Below, piece by piece: positions 21,990 to 33,195 of a DNA stretch of 64,000 nt. Below the pieces are notes generated by a model. That model was not told where the DNA came from, ran no database searches, and saw nothing but the letters and a program-made list of their open reading frames with translations. The position numbers and the translations under genes are program-made. Origin of the DNA: Candidatus Marinacidobacterium sp. (GTDB lineage Bacteria; Acidobacteriota; Vicinamibacteria; Marinacidobacterales; Marinacidobacteraceae); assembly GCA_965204755.1 (NCBI GenBank), contig OZ242011.1, forward strand, positions 2,144,001 to 2,208,000. The letters are read 5' to 3'. Positions within the stretch are counted from its first letter, which is position 1. Each line of letters starts with the position of its first letter.

Positions 21990-22772
21990 GTGGACAGCGC
22001 CCGTTACATCCTCGGTTTCGCCGCCGCGGTGTGTCTCGTGTGCGCGGTGCTGGTCTCCGGCTCCGCGGTCTCGCTCCGCTCGCTCCAGGCGGAGAACGCC
22101 GAGCGCGAACGCCAGCGGAATGTCCTGTTCGCCGCCGGCCTCGCCGACCCGGAGGAATCCCTCACCGACGAAGAGATGGCGGCGCGGTTCGCCTCCGTTA
22201 CCCCCGTCGTCGTGGACCTCGAAACCGGCGCCGACCTGCCGGACGCGGACCCCGCGCAGGTGGACCCGCTGGTGGAAGCCGGCGTCCCGGACACTTCGCG
22301 CCCGGTGGCGGACAACCCGGCGCGGGTGCGGCGGGTGGAGCGGCGCTCGGTGGTGTACCGGGTCGAGGACGGGTCCGGCGGCCTCAGCGCCGTCGTGCTC
22401 CCGGTGCGGGGGCAGGGGCTCTGGGGCGTCCTCTACGGTTTCCTCGCGCTCGAAGCCGACCTCGACACCGTGCGCGGGCTCACCTTCTACCGGCACAAGG
22501 AGACTCCGGGGCTCGGCGGCGAAGTGGACAACCCCGCCTGGAAGGCGCTCTGGCCGGGCCGCCGCGTCTTCTCCGCCGGGGGCGAACCGGTCATCGAAGT
22601 CGCCCGCGCCGCCGCCGGGCCGGTCGCCTCGGACCCCCACCGGGTGGACGGGCTCTCCGGGGCGACGATGACCAGCCGCGGCGTGACGAACCTGCTGCGG
22701 TTCTGGCTCGCGGAGAACGGGTTCGGGCCTTACCTCGACCGGTTGCGCGCGGACGCGGGCGCCGGGGGCTGA
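21990..22772 (+). CDS. nqrC: Na+-NQR subunit C
   Basis: N-terminal TM helix, [29 protein letters not shown] site [14 protein letters not shown]. Confidence 0.95.
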   Translation: MDSARYILGFAAAVCLVCAVLVSGSAVSLRSLQAENAERERQRNVLFAAGLADPEESLTDEEMAARFASVTPVVVDLETGADLPDADPAQVDPLVEAGVPDTSRPVADNPARVRRVERRSVVYRVEDGSGGLSAVVLPVRGQGLWGVLYGFLALEADLDTVRGLTFYRHKETPGLGGEVDNPAWKALWPGRRVFSAGGEPVIEVARAAAGPVASDPHRVDGLSGATMTSRGVTNLLRFWLAENGFGPYLDRLRADAGAGG

Positions 22773-22789
22773 CGAGGGGCGGAGGAGAC

Positions 22790-23416
22790 ATGGCCGACCG
22801 ACCGGCGCGGCGGGTGCTGATGGACCCGCTGATCCACAACAACCCGATCGCGCTCCAGGTCCTCGGCATCTGCTCGGCGCTCGCGGTGACCACCGGGATG
22901 CAGACCTCGGTGGTCATGAGCGCGGCGGTGGTCGCGGTAACCGCGCTCTCCAACCTCTCGGTGAGCCTGCTGCGGAACCGCATTCCCACCAGCATCCGCA
23001 TCATCGTCCAACTCACGATCATCGCCTCGCTGGTCATCGTCACCGACCAGATCCTGAAGGCGTACCTCTACGAGATCTCCAAACAACTCAGCGTCTTCGT
23101 CGGGCTCATCATCACGAACTGCATCATCATGGGCCGGGCGGAAGCGTTCGCCATGCAGAACCCGCCGCTCCGCAGTTTGCTCGACGGGATCGGGAACGGT
23201 CTCGGTTACGCCGCGCTCCTGCTGGTTACCGGCGCCGCCCGGGAAATCCTCGGCGCCGGCGAGTTCTGGGGCATTCCGGTATTGCCGCTCGCTTCGGAAG
23301 GCGGGTGGTTCACGCCGAACGGGCTCATGGGACTCTCGCCGGGGGCGTTCTTCGTGATCGGGTTCCTGATCTGGCTGCTGCGCGCGTTCCGGCCGGAACA
23401 GGTGGAAGCGGAATGA
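22790..23416 (+). CDS. nqrD: Na+-NQR subunit D
   Basis: GGAGGAG RBS + ATG 22790; [18 protein letters not shown]; [22 protein letters not shown]. Confidence 0.96.
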   Translation: MADRPARRVLMDPLIHNNPIALQVLGICSALAVTTGMQTSVVMSAAVVAVTALSNLSVSLLRNRIPTSIRIIVQLTIIASLVIVTDQILKAYLYEISKQLSVFVGLIITNCIIMGRAEAFAMQNPPLRSLLDGIGNGLGYAALLLVTGAAREILGAGEFWGIPVLPLASEGGWFTPNGLMGLSPGAFFVIGFLIWLLRAFRPEQVEAE

Positions 23417-23454
23417 CCGCGCGGTCGGGTGGGCCGGCGCCCCGGACGAAGTAA

Positions 23455-24072
23455 GTGCTCCAGGACTACCTGAACATCGCCGTCCGGGCGATCTTCGTGG
23501 AGAACATGGCGCTCGCCTTCTTCCTGGGCATGTGTTCCTTCCTCGCCGTCTCGAAACGCGTTTCCACGGCGATCGGGCTGGGCGCGGCGGTGGTGTTCGT
23601 CCTGACGGTAACCGTGCCGCTGAACCAGGCGATCAACGACTACCTGCTGCGTCCGGGGGCGCTCGGCTGGCTGGGGGAAGCGCTGGGCGAGCAGGACCTC
23701 TCGTTCCTGCAGTTCCTCACCTTCATCGGGACGATCGCCGCGACGGTGCAGGTGGTGGAGATGGTGCTCGACCGCCACTTCCCGGCGCTCCACGCCGCCC
23801 TCGGCGTGTTCCTGCCGCTCATCGCGGTGAACTGCGCCATCCTCGGCGCGTCGCTCCTCATGGTGGAGCGCGGGTTGAACCTCGGCGAGTCCGCCGTCTT
23901 CGGGTTCGGCTCCGGTCTCGGCTGGGCGCTCGCCATCGCCGCCCTCGCCGGCATCCGCGAACGCCTGCGCTACCACTCCATACCCGCCGGGCTCCGCGGG
24001 CTGGGCATCACCTTCCTGCTGACCGGCCTGATGGCGATCGGTTTCATGGCGTTCGGCGGGATACAACTGTGA
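23455..24072 (+). CDS. nqrE: Na+-NQR subunit E
   Basis: [44 protein letters not shown]. Confidence 0.96.
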   Translation: MLQDYLNIAVRAIFVENMALAFFLGMCSFLAVSKRVSTAIGLGAAVVFVLTVTVPLNQAINDYLLRPGALGWLGEALGEQDLSFLQFLTFIGTIAATVQVVEMVLDRHFPALHAALGVFLPLIAVNCAILGASLLMVERGLNLGESAVFGFGSGLGWALAIAALAGIRERLRYHSIPAGLRGLGITFLLTGLMAIGFMAFGGIQL

Positions 24073-24100
24073 CCGCCCGCGGAAGGAGCGCCCGCCGGCC

Positions 24101-25330
24101 GTGAACACGGTTCTTCTCGGGGTCGCCGGGTTCTCCGGCGTCATCCTGGCGCTGGTGGCGGTGCTGCTCTACGCCCGGAGGCGGCTGGTGGCCACCGGGG
24201 AGGTCACGATCCGCGTCAACGACGACCCGCAGCACGACCTGGTGACTCCGGCGGGAGGGACATTGCTCGGCGCGCTCGCCGAGTGCGGGGTGTTCGTGCC
24301 GTCCGCGTGCGGCGGTAAAGGCAGTTGCGGCGTCTGCACCCTCCGGGTGAAGTCCGGCGGCGGCGCGGTGCTCCCGACGGAGCGGAGCCACCTCTCCCGC
24401 GGCGAAGAGCGCGAAGGCGTGCGCCTGTCCTGCCAGGTGAAGGTGAAACAGGATCTCTCCATCGAGGTGCCGCCGGAACTCTTCTCCGTCCGCAAGTGGA
24501 AGTGCCGCGTGCGCTCCAACCACAATGTGGCGACCTTCATCAAGGAACTCGCGCTCGAGTTGCCGGAAGGGGAAGAGGTGCCCTTCCGCGCCGGCGGTTA
24601 CATCCAGATCGATTGCCCGCCCCACGAAGTGCGGTACCGCGACTTCGACATCGAAGAGGAATACCGCGACGACTGGGATCGCTTCGGGATGTGGGACTTC
24701 ACTTCCGCCGTCGAACCCGGTGAAGAGGTGGTGCGGGCGTATTCGATGGCGAACTATCCGGAGGAGAAGGGCGTCATCCTGCTGAATGTGCGGATCGCCT
24801 CCCCGCCGCCGCGCCAACCGGAACTGCCGCCCGGCAAGATGACTTCCTGGCTTTTCCGCCTGAAACCCGGCGACGAAGTCACGATCTCCGGCCCGTTCGG
24901 CGAGTTCTTCGCCAAGGACACCCCGAACGAGATGATCTTCATCGGCGGCGGCGCGGGTATGGCGCCGATGCGCTCCCACATCTTCGACCAGTTCCGCCGG
25001 CTGAAGACGAATCGCAAGGTGTCCTTCTGGTACGGCGCGCGGAGCCTCCGCGAGGCGTTCTACCAGGAGGACTTCGACCGGATCGCCGCCGAATTCCCCA
25101 ACTTCGACTGGAAACTGGCGCTCTCGGAGCCGCTCCCGGAAGACGAATGGACCGGCCTCACCGGTTTCATCCACCAGGTGCTCTACGACAACTACCTGAA
25201 GGCCCACCCCGCCCCGGAGGACGCCGAGTACTACCTCTGCGGCCCGCCGATGATGCTGCAGGCCTGCCTGAAGATGCTCGACGACCTGGGCGTCGAACCG
25301 GAGAACATCGCCTTCGACGACTTCGGCTGA
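24101..25330 (+). CDS. nqrF: Na+-NQR subunit F
   Basis: 2Fe-2S motif [49 protein letters not shown]-terminal FDDFG. Confidence 0.97.
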   Translation: MNTVLLGVAGFSGVILALVAVLLYARRRLVATGEVTIRVNDDPQHDLVTPAGGTLLGALAECGVFVPSACGGKGSCGVCTLRVKSGGGAVLPTERSHLSRGEEREGVRLSCQVKVKQDLSIEVPPELFSVRKWKCRVRSNHNVATFIKELALELPEGEEVPFRAGGYIQIDCPPHEVRYRDFDIEEEYRDDWDRFGMWDFTSAVEPGEEVVRAYSMANYPEEKGVILLNVRIASPPPRQPELPPGKMTSWLFRLKPGDEVTISGPFGEFFAKDTPNEMIFIGGGAGMAPMRSHIFDQFRRLKTNRKVSFWYGARSLREAFYQEDFDRIAAEFPNFDWKLALSEPLPEDEWTGLTGFIHQVLYDNYLKAHPAPEDAEYYLCGPPMMLQACLKMLDDLGVEPENIAFDDFG

Positions 25331-25401
25331 CCCCGGCCGCGATTCCTACCGTCGTCGTTCGCGGGGAACGGGAAACCCCTTCCCGCGCCCCCGCGGCGTC
25401 T

Positions 25402-27530
25402 TCACTCCCGGCGGATCTCCGCGCTCCAGGTCTCCCCCTCGCCGCTTCGGTATCGGCCGGTGCGCACGCGGGCGATCCCGTAGTCCGGCAGCGGGACCGT
25501 CGCCAGGCAGGCGCGCCCCCCGCCGGCGAGTTCGAACAGGACGCCCCACCGGAAGAAGTCGAAGTCCAGGTTCTCGAAACGGTGCGGCGCGCGCTCCGCC
25601 GGGAGGACCCCCGGCGCTTCGGGATAGACATGCAGGAAGAAACGCCCCTCGCGCAGCGACTCTTCCCGGCAGGAGGCCCGCCGATAGAACAGCATCGGCC
25701 CCTTCGCGGCGGAAACGGAACCGCGGTCGAAGTACACCTCGAAGTCCGCCTCCGCGTCCGGCTCCTTCGTTCGCAGGAACTCGTATGCCTCCCGGTAGCG
25801 ATGCGAAGGCGGCGCGTATCCCCGGTCCACGGCGAAGACCGCGCCGTCGGCGAACTCCGCCAGCGGACGGAGACCGGGCGTGGCGAACAACACCGCCGGG
25901 GGCCCGGCCCGGTAACGGGGCCGCAGGAAGTCCGTGCTCCACACCAGCCGGGCGCCCTCGGGTACTCCTTCCAGGAAGGCGGCGAGCCGTTCCTGCGGGA
26001 GATCGTCTCCCGGCGCCTCTCGACCGACCCAAACCCCGCGGATCGCGCGAAGGTCCGGCCCCCCGCCGAGATGGGCCAGGACCGGCGTCCACAAGTTGGT
26101 GTAGACGCGGCGGGACTCCCCGTAAGAGTCGGCCCGGGCGAACCGCAAGGTCTCCGAACTCGCCCAGGGCTCGCCGAGGTAGCCGTTGGTGAAGAGGACC
26201 TCCGCGGAGTTGGCCCGCGCGACCGCCCGCCGCTGGAGACCGACCTGCCCGACCGCCCACGCCGAGAGGAGCGCCGCCGCCGCGACGGCGCCGGCCCGCG
26301 CGAAGAGTCTCCTGCCGCTCCCGGCTTCGAGGAGCGGGTCGAGCGCCGTAACCAGAGCGAGGACGAGCGGCAATCTGGCGGGAAACAGGTGCCTGGGTTC
26401 GACGCCGTCCTCGCTGTGACCGAGCATCAACGCCGCGAAATAGAGACCGATGAACGCGAGCGCGAAGCCGCCGAAGAGCAGAACCCGCCGCGCCGGTTTC
26501 GTCGGGGACGCGAGGCCGACGCCCGGAGCGGAGCCCCCCCCCCCCCCCCCCCCCCCAATTCTCCGAGGCCGAGGGCTCGGCGGACGGTTCCCGTCCGGGG
26601 CGAACGCAGGAGCGCCGCCAACGGAAGCAGGGCGCCGAGGGCGAGCAGGGCGCCGGAACTGCCGTCGAATCGCGCCCAGGCGAGGACCGCGCTCCCGATG
26701 TCGCTCAAGATCTCGGCGGCGGCGTAGTCCGTAGGGGGAGGACGCCCGGCCCAACTGCCGCTGACGAAGTAGTTCCTCGCAGACCAGGCGAGCATCGGCA
26801 GACCGGCGATCGCGGTGTAGGCCGCCGCGTTCCGGAAGTTCTCCCGGCCCCGCGCCCCCCGGCGCGTCAGGAGAAGCGCGCCGGCGAGGAGCAACAGGAC
26901 CGCGCCGACGAACCGGGTCGAAAACGCCAAACCGGCGAACACCGCGGACCACGCCAGGCAAGCGCGCTTCCCCTCCTCGAGGAAGCCGCCCAGCAGGATC
27001 AGGGCGAGGAGCGTGAACAGTACGAAGACCGGCTCCGTGACCCCGCGCCAGGCCCACTCGGCGAACGGAAGGGACAGCGCCGCCGCGGCCGGTGTCCACA
27101 GGCGGAGGAACCTCGACCGGAGATGACGCGCCGCATACCGGCCGACGACGAAGACGGTGAGCGCGAAGAAGGCGGCCCCCACCAGGTGGATCCCGGAGAA
27201 GAGATCCAGTCCGCCGAGGCGCGCCGCAGAAAGGAGGAGCGGATAGAACGGAGGCCCGGCATAGGTCGGGGCTCTTCGCGAAGGCCAATGCGTGAAGCCT
27301 TCGCCGTCCAGCAGGTTGTCGGTGACGCGGAGGTAGTTGATCGAGTGGATGTCCACCGCCGGCCCGTAGGTGGCGCCCCTCGCCAGCACCAGCGCGAAGG
27401 CGAGCGCGGCCAAGGCGACGACGAACGCGCCGTACCGACTCGACACAAACCGGTTCGGGCGAAGCGGGGACGCTCTCCCGCCTTCGACGCCCGGCCCTCT
27501 CCGCGGCGCCCTCGATCCGCGCAAACCCAC
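25402..27530 (-). pseudogene. polytopic GT-C (ArnT/PMT-like) membrane glycosyltransferase, frameshifted at a G23 tract
   Basis: N-half (26427-27530): SINYLRVTDNLLDGEGF, PPFYPLLL, TEPVFVLF, STRFVG. The C-half frame (ending 25402) continues after the G run with TM helices, RHLFP and a soluble domain RFFLHVYP...FENLDFDF. Confidence 0.75.
26534..26556. repeat. C23 / G23 homopolymer inside the glycosyltransferase gene
   Basis: 23 consecutive C counted on the + strand. Confidence 0.97.
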
Positions 27531-27796
27531 GCTACCGGGAGTCGCCGGCCTCCGCCCGCTCGTCGAGGGAGGGACGAATCCTCGAGTGCTCCGTCAGCGC
27601 CTCCGCGGCCCGCCGGCGCCCATGGCGACGAAAGGCGGCGTTTCCCGGGCCGCTCCCCGCCGCGCCGGCGATGTACCGGTACCGGGCCGCGACCGGTATC
27701 CCGCGTTCTTCCGCCAACGAGTCCATTGCGAACTCGCGGGCCTCACCGAGGTCTTCCGGAGGAAAGGGAGTCGGCGAGGCGCTGTTTCACGGCTTG

Positions 27797-28333
27797 CTAC
27801 GGCGCCGGTCGGTGCGGGTCCACCGCCGGGTCGGGCGGTTCCATGACGAAGGGGACCTCGATCTCGTACGGAGCGCCTTCGAAGCGGAAGTAGAGGATGG
27901 CGACCGCGTCGTCTTCCTCGACCACCGGCTCGCTGCGGGCGATCCACGCCTCGCCGAATTCGTCTATCTCCGGCCTCAGCGGTTCGAGGACCGCGTCGTC
28001 GCCTTCGCCGCGGCGGAGCGTGATGCGCACATCGTCCGCGACCGCGGCCGGCAACTCGCTGCGGACCGCGTCGGAGAAGTAGAGCCGGTGCTCGCCTTCC
28101 GGCGTGAGCACCACCTCGAAGTGCAGGTCGCCGTGCATGAACACATACCCGCCGTAACGCGGCTGGTGGTCCCCGTGCGCCATGCCGCCCATTCCCGCCA
28201 TTCCGTCCATGCCGCTGTCCATGGACGAATCCGGGTCCCCGCCGCCGCAGCCGGCGAACCACAGCGCCGCCGCGGCGGCCGCGACGGCGAAGGCGCTTCG
28301 GGCGCGTCGGCGGTTCGCCGGTCGGGTACTCAT
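27797..28333 (-). CDS. lipoprotein with Met/His-rich segment (possible metal binding)
   Basis: Lipobox FAGC, then MDSGMDGMAGMGGMAHGDHQPRYGG...HGDLHFEVV. Confidence 0.7.
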   Translation of the reverse strand: MSTRPANRRRARSAFAVAAAAAALWFAGCGGGDPDSSMDSGMDGMAGMGGMAHGDHQPRYGGYVFMHGDLHFEVVLTPEGEHRLYFSDAVRSELPAAVADDVRITLRRGEGDDAVLEPLRPEIDEFGEAWIARSEPVVEEDDAVAILYFRFEGAPYEIEVPFVMEPPDPAVDPHRPAP

Positions 28334-28387
28334 GCTTTCGCGGGGCGGCGGATGATACCGAGCGTTCCGCCGCCGTCCGCGCCGGAC

Positions 28388-29665
28388 TCAGCGCGGCGCC
28401 AGGCCCATCTGCAGCCGGGCGAGGTCGGCGGGCGTCAGCGCTTCGGCGGCGGCGCGGCGGACGGCTTCCCACCGCTCGTCCGGCGGCCGGGTCGGCCCGA
28501 TCACAGCCTCCAGCGCGCGGCGGAACCCGGGGTCGGCGGACGGGCGAACCAGCGAGTAAGCGCCGAACCGGTCGGCGTGGCCGAGCAGGGCGTGCGGGTC
28601 GGACACCAGCGCCTCGAAGTCGAGCGCCCGGAGCGCCGACAGCCGGGGCCGCCGGCCGTCCAGGTAGTCGAAGAGGATGGAGGCGACCACCGGTTCCAGC
28701 GCGCGCAGGGCCTCGTCGGCGGGGTCGGACGGCGCGAGCGCTTCCGCCATCGCGGCCAGCCCCTCGAAGACGGCGGTGCGCGGGCCGTAGAGCGGGACGA
28801 TCCCCAACTCCGGCCACCCGGTCTCCCGGAAGCGCGCCTCGGCGGCCGCCGCCTGCAGGTGGTGGCCGGGGACCCCTTCGTGGCACGCCAGCCGGCGCAA
28901 CTCGCCGGCCCGGTACGGCCGCCAGCCGGGCAGCCGCAGCGCGCCCCGGCCGCCGCCGAGGTACCGGTAGAACGGCGACGCCCCGACGGGATCGCCCGCC
29001 GCCGCCTCCCGCGTGAGCCATTCGACCGCGAGCGGCTCGAGAGCGAGCGCGGCGCCCCCCTCCGGCGCCGGCGCCGAGGCGCGGCAGTCCGCGAGCGCCC
29101 GCTCCACCTCCCGCCGGGCCTCCTCCCCGGCGATCTCCCCCTTCCGGTAGCGCCGGCTCACGCGCACCCGCAGCGGCGCGAGGCCGGGAATCGCCCGCCC
29201 GACCCGGAAGTGGAGCCGCTCCAGGTCGAAGTCCGGCGCCTGCCAGTCCAGCCCGAAGACCCGGCGCAGTTCCTCGGCCACCGGAAGCCGCTCGCCGAGG
29301 AGCGAGCGGACGCGGACGAGGAGCGCGTCCGCGGTGGCGGCCAGGTAGCGGAGCCGGCCTTCGTCCTCCCCCCGCGGCAGCGAGCCCGCGCCCGCGGCGA
29401 GCCGCGCCGCCCGCCGTTCGAGGTCCGCGAGCGGCGCGGGTTCCGACGCGAGCGTCGGCCCGCCCGGGAACCGGTAGTCGAGGAACAGCGGGTCGCGTTC
29501 CGCGAGTTCGAGCGCCAGTTGCGCGAACTCCTCCCCGAGGTCGTCCGCGGTCCGCCACTCCGCCGCCGGTTCGTCCTCCGGGGCGCCGCCGCACCCGGAA
29601 CCGAAGATCACCGCGCCGAGGAGGAGCGGCGTCCCGCGAACCGCCGCGATTCGGCAGGGTCTCAT
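28388..29665 (-). CDS. hypothetical lipoprotein with DUF885-like HEGxPGHH motif
   Basis: Signal/lipobox-like IFGSGC; LACHEGVPGHH...VFEGLA. Confidence 0.65.
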   Translation of the reverse strand: MRPCRIAAVRGTPLLLGAVIFGSGCGGAPEDEPAAEWRTADDLGEEFAQLALELAERDPLFLDYRFPGGPTLASEPAPLADLERRAARLAAGAGSLPRGEDEGRLRYLAATADALLVRVRSLLGERLPVAEELRRVFGLDWQAPDFDLERLHFRVGRAIPGLAPLRVRVSRRYRKGEIAGEEARREVERALADCRASAPAPEGGAALALEPLAVEWLTREAAAGDPVGASPFYRYLGGGRGALRLPGWRPYRAGELRRLACHEGVPGHHLQAAAAEARFRETGWPELGIVPLYGPRTAVFEGLAAMAEALAPSDPADEALRALEPVVASILFDYLDGRRPRLSALRALDFEALVSDPHALLGHADRFGAYSLVRPSADPGFRRALEAVIGPTRPPDERWEAVRRAAAEALTPADLARLQMGLAPR

Positions 29666-29867
29666 CGAGTCGGCTTCACCGGAGGACGGGCAGGCTGCCC
29701 GGCGGATTCTCCCGCGCCCGGCCCGCCGCCGGCGAACTTCGGTAGGCCGCCGCGAACCTTGACAACCCGCCGCCGTCCTTCTAGCGTTCGCGCCCCTGCC
29801 GGGCGGAATGGCCCGTCCCGGCGCCCAGTTTTCCCAGCATCCCGGAGGACGGAAAGAAAAGGCATTC

Positions 29868-30062
29868 GTGGCGGAAATCTCCATCCAGGAAGGCGAGACC
29901 ATCGATGTGGCGCTGCGCCGGTTCAAGCGGCGCGTCCAGTCCGAGGACATCATCAAGGAAATCAAGCGGCATTCCTTCTACATGAAGCCCGGCGACAAGT
30001 TGCGGGCGAAGCGCGCCGCAGCCCGGAAGCGCGCCCGGAAGCGCCGGCGCCGCACGCGCTGA
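29868..30062 (+). CDS. rpsU: 30S ribosomal protein S21
   Basis: GTG start; EGETIDVALRRFKRRVQSEDIIKEIKRHSFYMKP. Confidence 0.95.
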   Translation: MAEISIQEGETIDVALRRFKRRVQSEDIIKEIKRHSFYMKPGDKLRAKRAAARKRARKRRRRTR

Positions 30063-30098
30063 TCCGCGGAGCGGTCTCCACCCTCCTCCCCGCCTGCG

Positions 30099-31382
30099 AT
30101 GCGGGTGCTGCTCGTCGGCGGGGGCGGTCGGGAACACGCCCTCGCCTGGGCGATTGCGAAGAGCCCCGACCTCACTGAGTTGATCGCCGCCCCGGGCAAC
30201 CCCGGGATCGGGCGGCTGGCCCGGCTCGCGCCGGTGTCCGCCGAGGACACCGAAGGCGTCGCGGCCCTGGCGGCGAGCGAGCGGGCGGACCTGGTCGTCG
30301 TCGGCCCGGAAGCGCCGCTCGCCGGCGGGCTCGGCGACCGGCTCGCCGAACGGGGGATCCCCTGCTTCGGCCCGCGCCGGGACGCGGCGCTCCTCGAATC
30401 CTCCAAGGCGTTCGCCAAGGACTTCTGCGCCCGCCACCGCATCCCCACCGGCCGGCACACGGTCGTCCGGGATCCGGAGTCCGCCCGGCTGGCCGTCGCC
30501 TCCGGCGAGTTGGGCGAACGGCCGGTGGTGAAGGCGAGCGGGCTGGCGGCGGGCAAGGGGGTCTTCCTCCCGGAGAGTGACGACGAAGCGGTGGCGGCGG
30601 CGGAACGCCTGCTCGGCGGGAGTCTGGGGGAGGCCGGGGCGGAAGTCGTGCTCGAAGAGCGCCTCTCCGGGCCGGAGGTCAGCGTGTTCGCGCTCACCGA
30701 CGGGAAGACGACGGCGGTCTGCGGGACGGCGCAGGACTACAAGCGGCGGTTCGAGGGCGACGAAGGCCCGAACACCGGGGGGATGGGCTGCGTGAGCCCG
30801 TCGCCGCGCGCCGGGGCGGGGCTCCTCTCGCGGATCGGCCGCGAGGTCGTCGAGCCGACCGTCGCTGGCCTCGCCGCCGAAGGCCGGCCCTACCGGGGCG
30901 TGCTCTACGCCGGGCTGATGCTGACCCCGGACGGCCCGAAGGTGCTGGAGTTCAACATCCGCTTCGGCGATCCCGAGGCGCAGGGGCTCCTCCCGCGGCT
31001 GGACTCCGACCTGCTGCCGCTGCTCCACGGCGCCGCCGCCGGCGGGCTGCCGGCGGAGGAAGTCCGCTTCCGCCCGGAAAGCGCGGTCACCGTGGTGCTG
31101 GCGTCGGAGGGGTACCCCGGCGCCTACGCGAAGGGCCGGCCCATCCGCGGCTTGCCGGAGGGCGTCGAGGACGGCGCCGGCGGGCTGGTCTTCCACGCCG
31201 GGACCCGCGCCGAGGAGGGCGGCGTGGTAACCGCCGGGGGCCGGGTCGCCGCGGTGACCGGGCTCGGCGCCGACCCCGCGGCCGCCCGCCGCGCCGCCTA
31301 CGCCGCCGCCGACCGGATCGAGTGGGAAGGCCGCGTCCTCCGCCGCGACATCGCCGCCGCCGTTCCTTCCGACTCCGCGTAG
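30099..31382 (+). CDS. purD: phosphoribosylamine-glycine ligase
   Basis: GGGGREHALAW, KASGLAAGKGV, DEGPNTGGMG, EFNIRFGDPE. Confidence 0.97.
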   Translation: MRVLLVGGGGREHALAWAIAKSPDLTELIAAPGNPGIGRLARLAPVSAEDTEGVAALAASERADLVVVGPEAPLAGGLGDRLAERGIPCFGPRRDAALLESSKAFAKDFCARHRIPTGRHTVVRDPESARLAVASGELGERPVVKASGLAAGKGVFLPESDDEAVAAAERLLGGSLGEAGAEVVLEERLSGPEVSVFALTDGKTTAVCGTAQDYKRRFEGDEGPNTGGMGCVSPSPRAGAGLLSRIGREVVEPTVAGLAAEGRPYRGVLYAGLMLTPDGPKVLEFNIRFGDPEAQGLLPRLDSDLLPLLHGAAAGGLPAEEVRFRPESAVTVVLASEGYPGAYAKGRPIRGLPEGVEDGAGGLVFHAGTRAEEGGVVTAGGRVAAVTGLGADPAAARRAAYAAADRIEWEGRVLRRDIAAAVPSDSA

Positions 31383-31444
31383 TCCCGGATCGGGCCGATT
31401 CCCCCCAGCCCCGACCCCGAATCCCCCAGCAAGGAGATCCCCTC

Positions 31445-31954
31445 ATGAGTTCCCCAACCCGCCCCCGAGTGCTGATCGTCATGGGCAGTCCCTCGGACAC
31501 CGAAGTGATGCGCGAGGCGAAGAAGGTCCTCGAGTCGCTCGGCGTGTCCTGCCGGATGGGCGTCTATTCGGCGCACCGGACGCCGGAGCGCGCCGCCGCG
31601 CTCGCCGCTTCGGCGCGGGAGAACGGCGTCCGGGCGATCATCGCCGGCGCCGGCGCCGCCGCGCACCTCGCGGGGGCCCTGGCCGCCCGCACCACGATCC
31701 CGGTGATCGGCGTCCCGCTCGCGGCGACCCCGCTCGCCGGTCTCGACGCGCTGCTGGCCACGGTGCAGATGCCCGGCGGGTTCCCGGTGGGCACGATGGC
31801 CATCGGCAAGCCGGGGGCGCAGAACGCCGGGTTCTACGCGGCGCAGATCGTGGCCCTCGAGGACGCGCAGGTGGCGGAGAACATCGCCGCCTGGCGCCGG
31901 GCGAAGGCCGCCGCCGCCGAAGCCGCTTCGGACGAACTCGAAGCCGAGGACTGA
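31445..31954 (+). CDS. purE: N5-CAIR mutase / AIR carboxylase
   Basis: [39 protein letters not shown]. Confidence 0.96.
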   Translation: MSSPTRPRVLIVMGSPSDTEVMREAKKVLESLGVSCRMGVYSAHRTPERAAALAASARENGVRAIIAGAGAAAHLAGALAARTTIPVIGVPLAATPLAGLDALLATVQMPGGFPVGTMAIGKPGAQNAGFYAAQIVALEDAQVAENIAAWRRAKAAAAEAASDELEAED

Positions 31955-31977
31955 CCGCCCGGCCGCCGGTCAGCCGG

Positions 31978-33195
31978 TCAGGCGGTCGCGGGCGACCGGC
32001 GGGAGGCGACGAGTTGCCCGCAGGCGGCGAGGACCTCGGCGCCCCGGCTGCGACGGAGCGTCGCCGGGAGTCCGGCGGCGGCGAGCGCCGCGAGGAAGCG
32101 TTCGGCGTCCCGCTCGGTTCCCCGCCGGTGGGGCGCGCCCGGCGCCGGGTCGCTCCAGGGGTTGAACGGGATCAGGTTCACCCGGAGGTCGAGGCCGGCC
32201 GCCGTGAGCCGGCGGAGTTCGGCGGACAGCGCGGCGGCGTCGGCCTCGCGGTCGTTCTCTCCGCCGAGCAGGACATATTCGACGGTGACGCGGCGGCGCG
32301 GCGCGGCGGAGAGGCCGCGCAGCGCGGCGAACACCGCCTCCATCGGGTGTTTGCGGTTGATCGGGAGGAAGCGGTCGCGCGTGGCGTCGTCGCCGGCGTG
32401 GAGGCTCACCGCCAGGCCGACTTCCGGCGCTTCCCGGCCCAGCCGGGCGATGCCCTCCGGGAGGCCGACGGTGGAGACGGTGATGCGGCGGGGAGGGATG
32501 GCCAGGCCGTCCGGGTGGGTGAGCAACTCCAGCGAGGCGAGCACGCCGTCGGTGTTCAGCAGCGGCTCGCCCATCCCCATGAAGACCACATTGCGCCGCC
32601 CGCCGCCGGCGCCCCGGGCGCGGGCCGCCGCCTCCGCCAGCATCACTTGGCCGGCGATCTCGCCCGCCGTCAGGTTGCGGGCGAAGGGGACGGTCCCGGA
32701 ACGGCAGAAGGTGCAGGCCAGCGGGCAACCCACCTGGGTGGAGACGCAGACGGTGAGGTCGGTCGGGGTTCCTCCGGCGCCGTCCGCCCCGGAGGGAACC
32801 GCCGGAGACTCGCCGGAGGGCCGGGGCGCGAAGGCCCGGCCGGCGCGGCCGCCGCTCTCGCCCCGGCGGTTCAGGATGGCTACCGCCTCCACCTCGTAGC
32901 CGTCCTCGAGCAGGACGCCGAGTTTGGCGGTCCCGTCGCCCGAGTCCCCGGTCGCCGCCGGCCGGGGCCGGGCGATCCGGTACTTCGCGGCGAGGAGGGC
33001 GCGGAAGTCGGTCGGCAGGTCGGTCAGTTCCTCGAACCGGTCGGCGCGCCGCCGGTACAGGTGGCGGAACAACTGCCGCCCGCGGTACGCCGGGTGTCCG
33101 TGCTCCTCCGCCAGCCGCTCCAGTTGGCGACGGGAACGCCCGAAGAGGTTTTCCGGGGCGGACGGAGCGGCCGTCGCCCGGCCGCCGGCGGTCAC
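31978..33195 (-). CDS. rlmN: radical-SAM RNA methyltransferase RlmN
   Basis: [36 protein letters not shown]. The GTG overlaps the tyrS stop. Confidence 0.93.
   Translation of the reverse strand: MTAGGRATAAPSAPENLFGRSRRQLERLAEEHGHPAYRGRQLFRHLYRRRADRFEELTDLPTDFRALLAAKYRIARPRPAATGDSGDGTAKLGVLLEDGYEVEAVAILNRRGESGGRAGRAFAPRPSGESPAVPSGADGAGGTPTDLTVCVSTQVGCPLACTFCRSGTVPFARNLTAGEIAGQVMLAEAAARARGAGGGRRNVVFMGMGEPLLNTDGVLASLELLTHPDGLAIPPRRITVSTVGLPEGIARLGREAPEVGLAVSLHAGDDATRDRFLPINRKHPMEAVFAALRGLSAAPRRRVTVEYVLLGGENDREADAAALSAELRRLTAAGLDLRVNLIPFNPWSDPAPGAPHRRGTERDAERFLAALAAAGLPATLRRSRGAEVLAACGQLVASRRSPATA

Noticed and set aside
13156-31235. Recurrent GGTAACC / GTTAC motif in core genes
   Set aside because: It is noticeable as unusual GTA-ACC codon pairs, but a rough base-composition expectation does not show clear enrichment. 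A proper count is needed.
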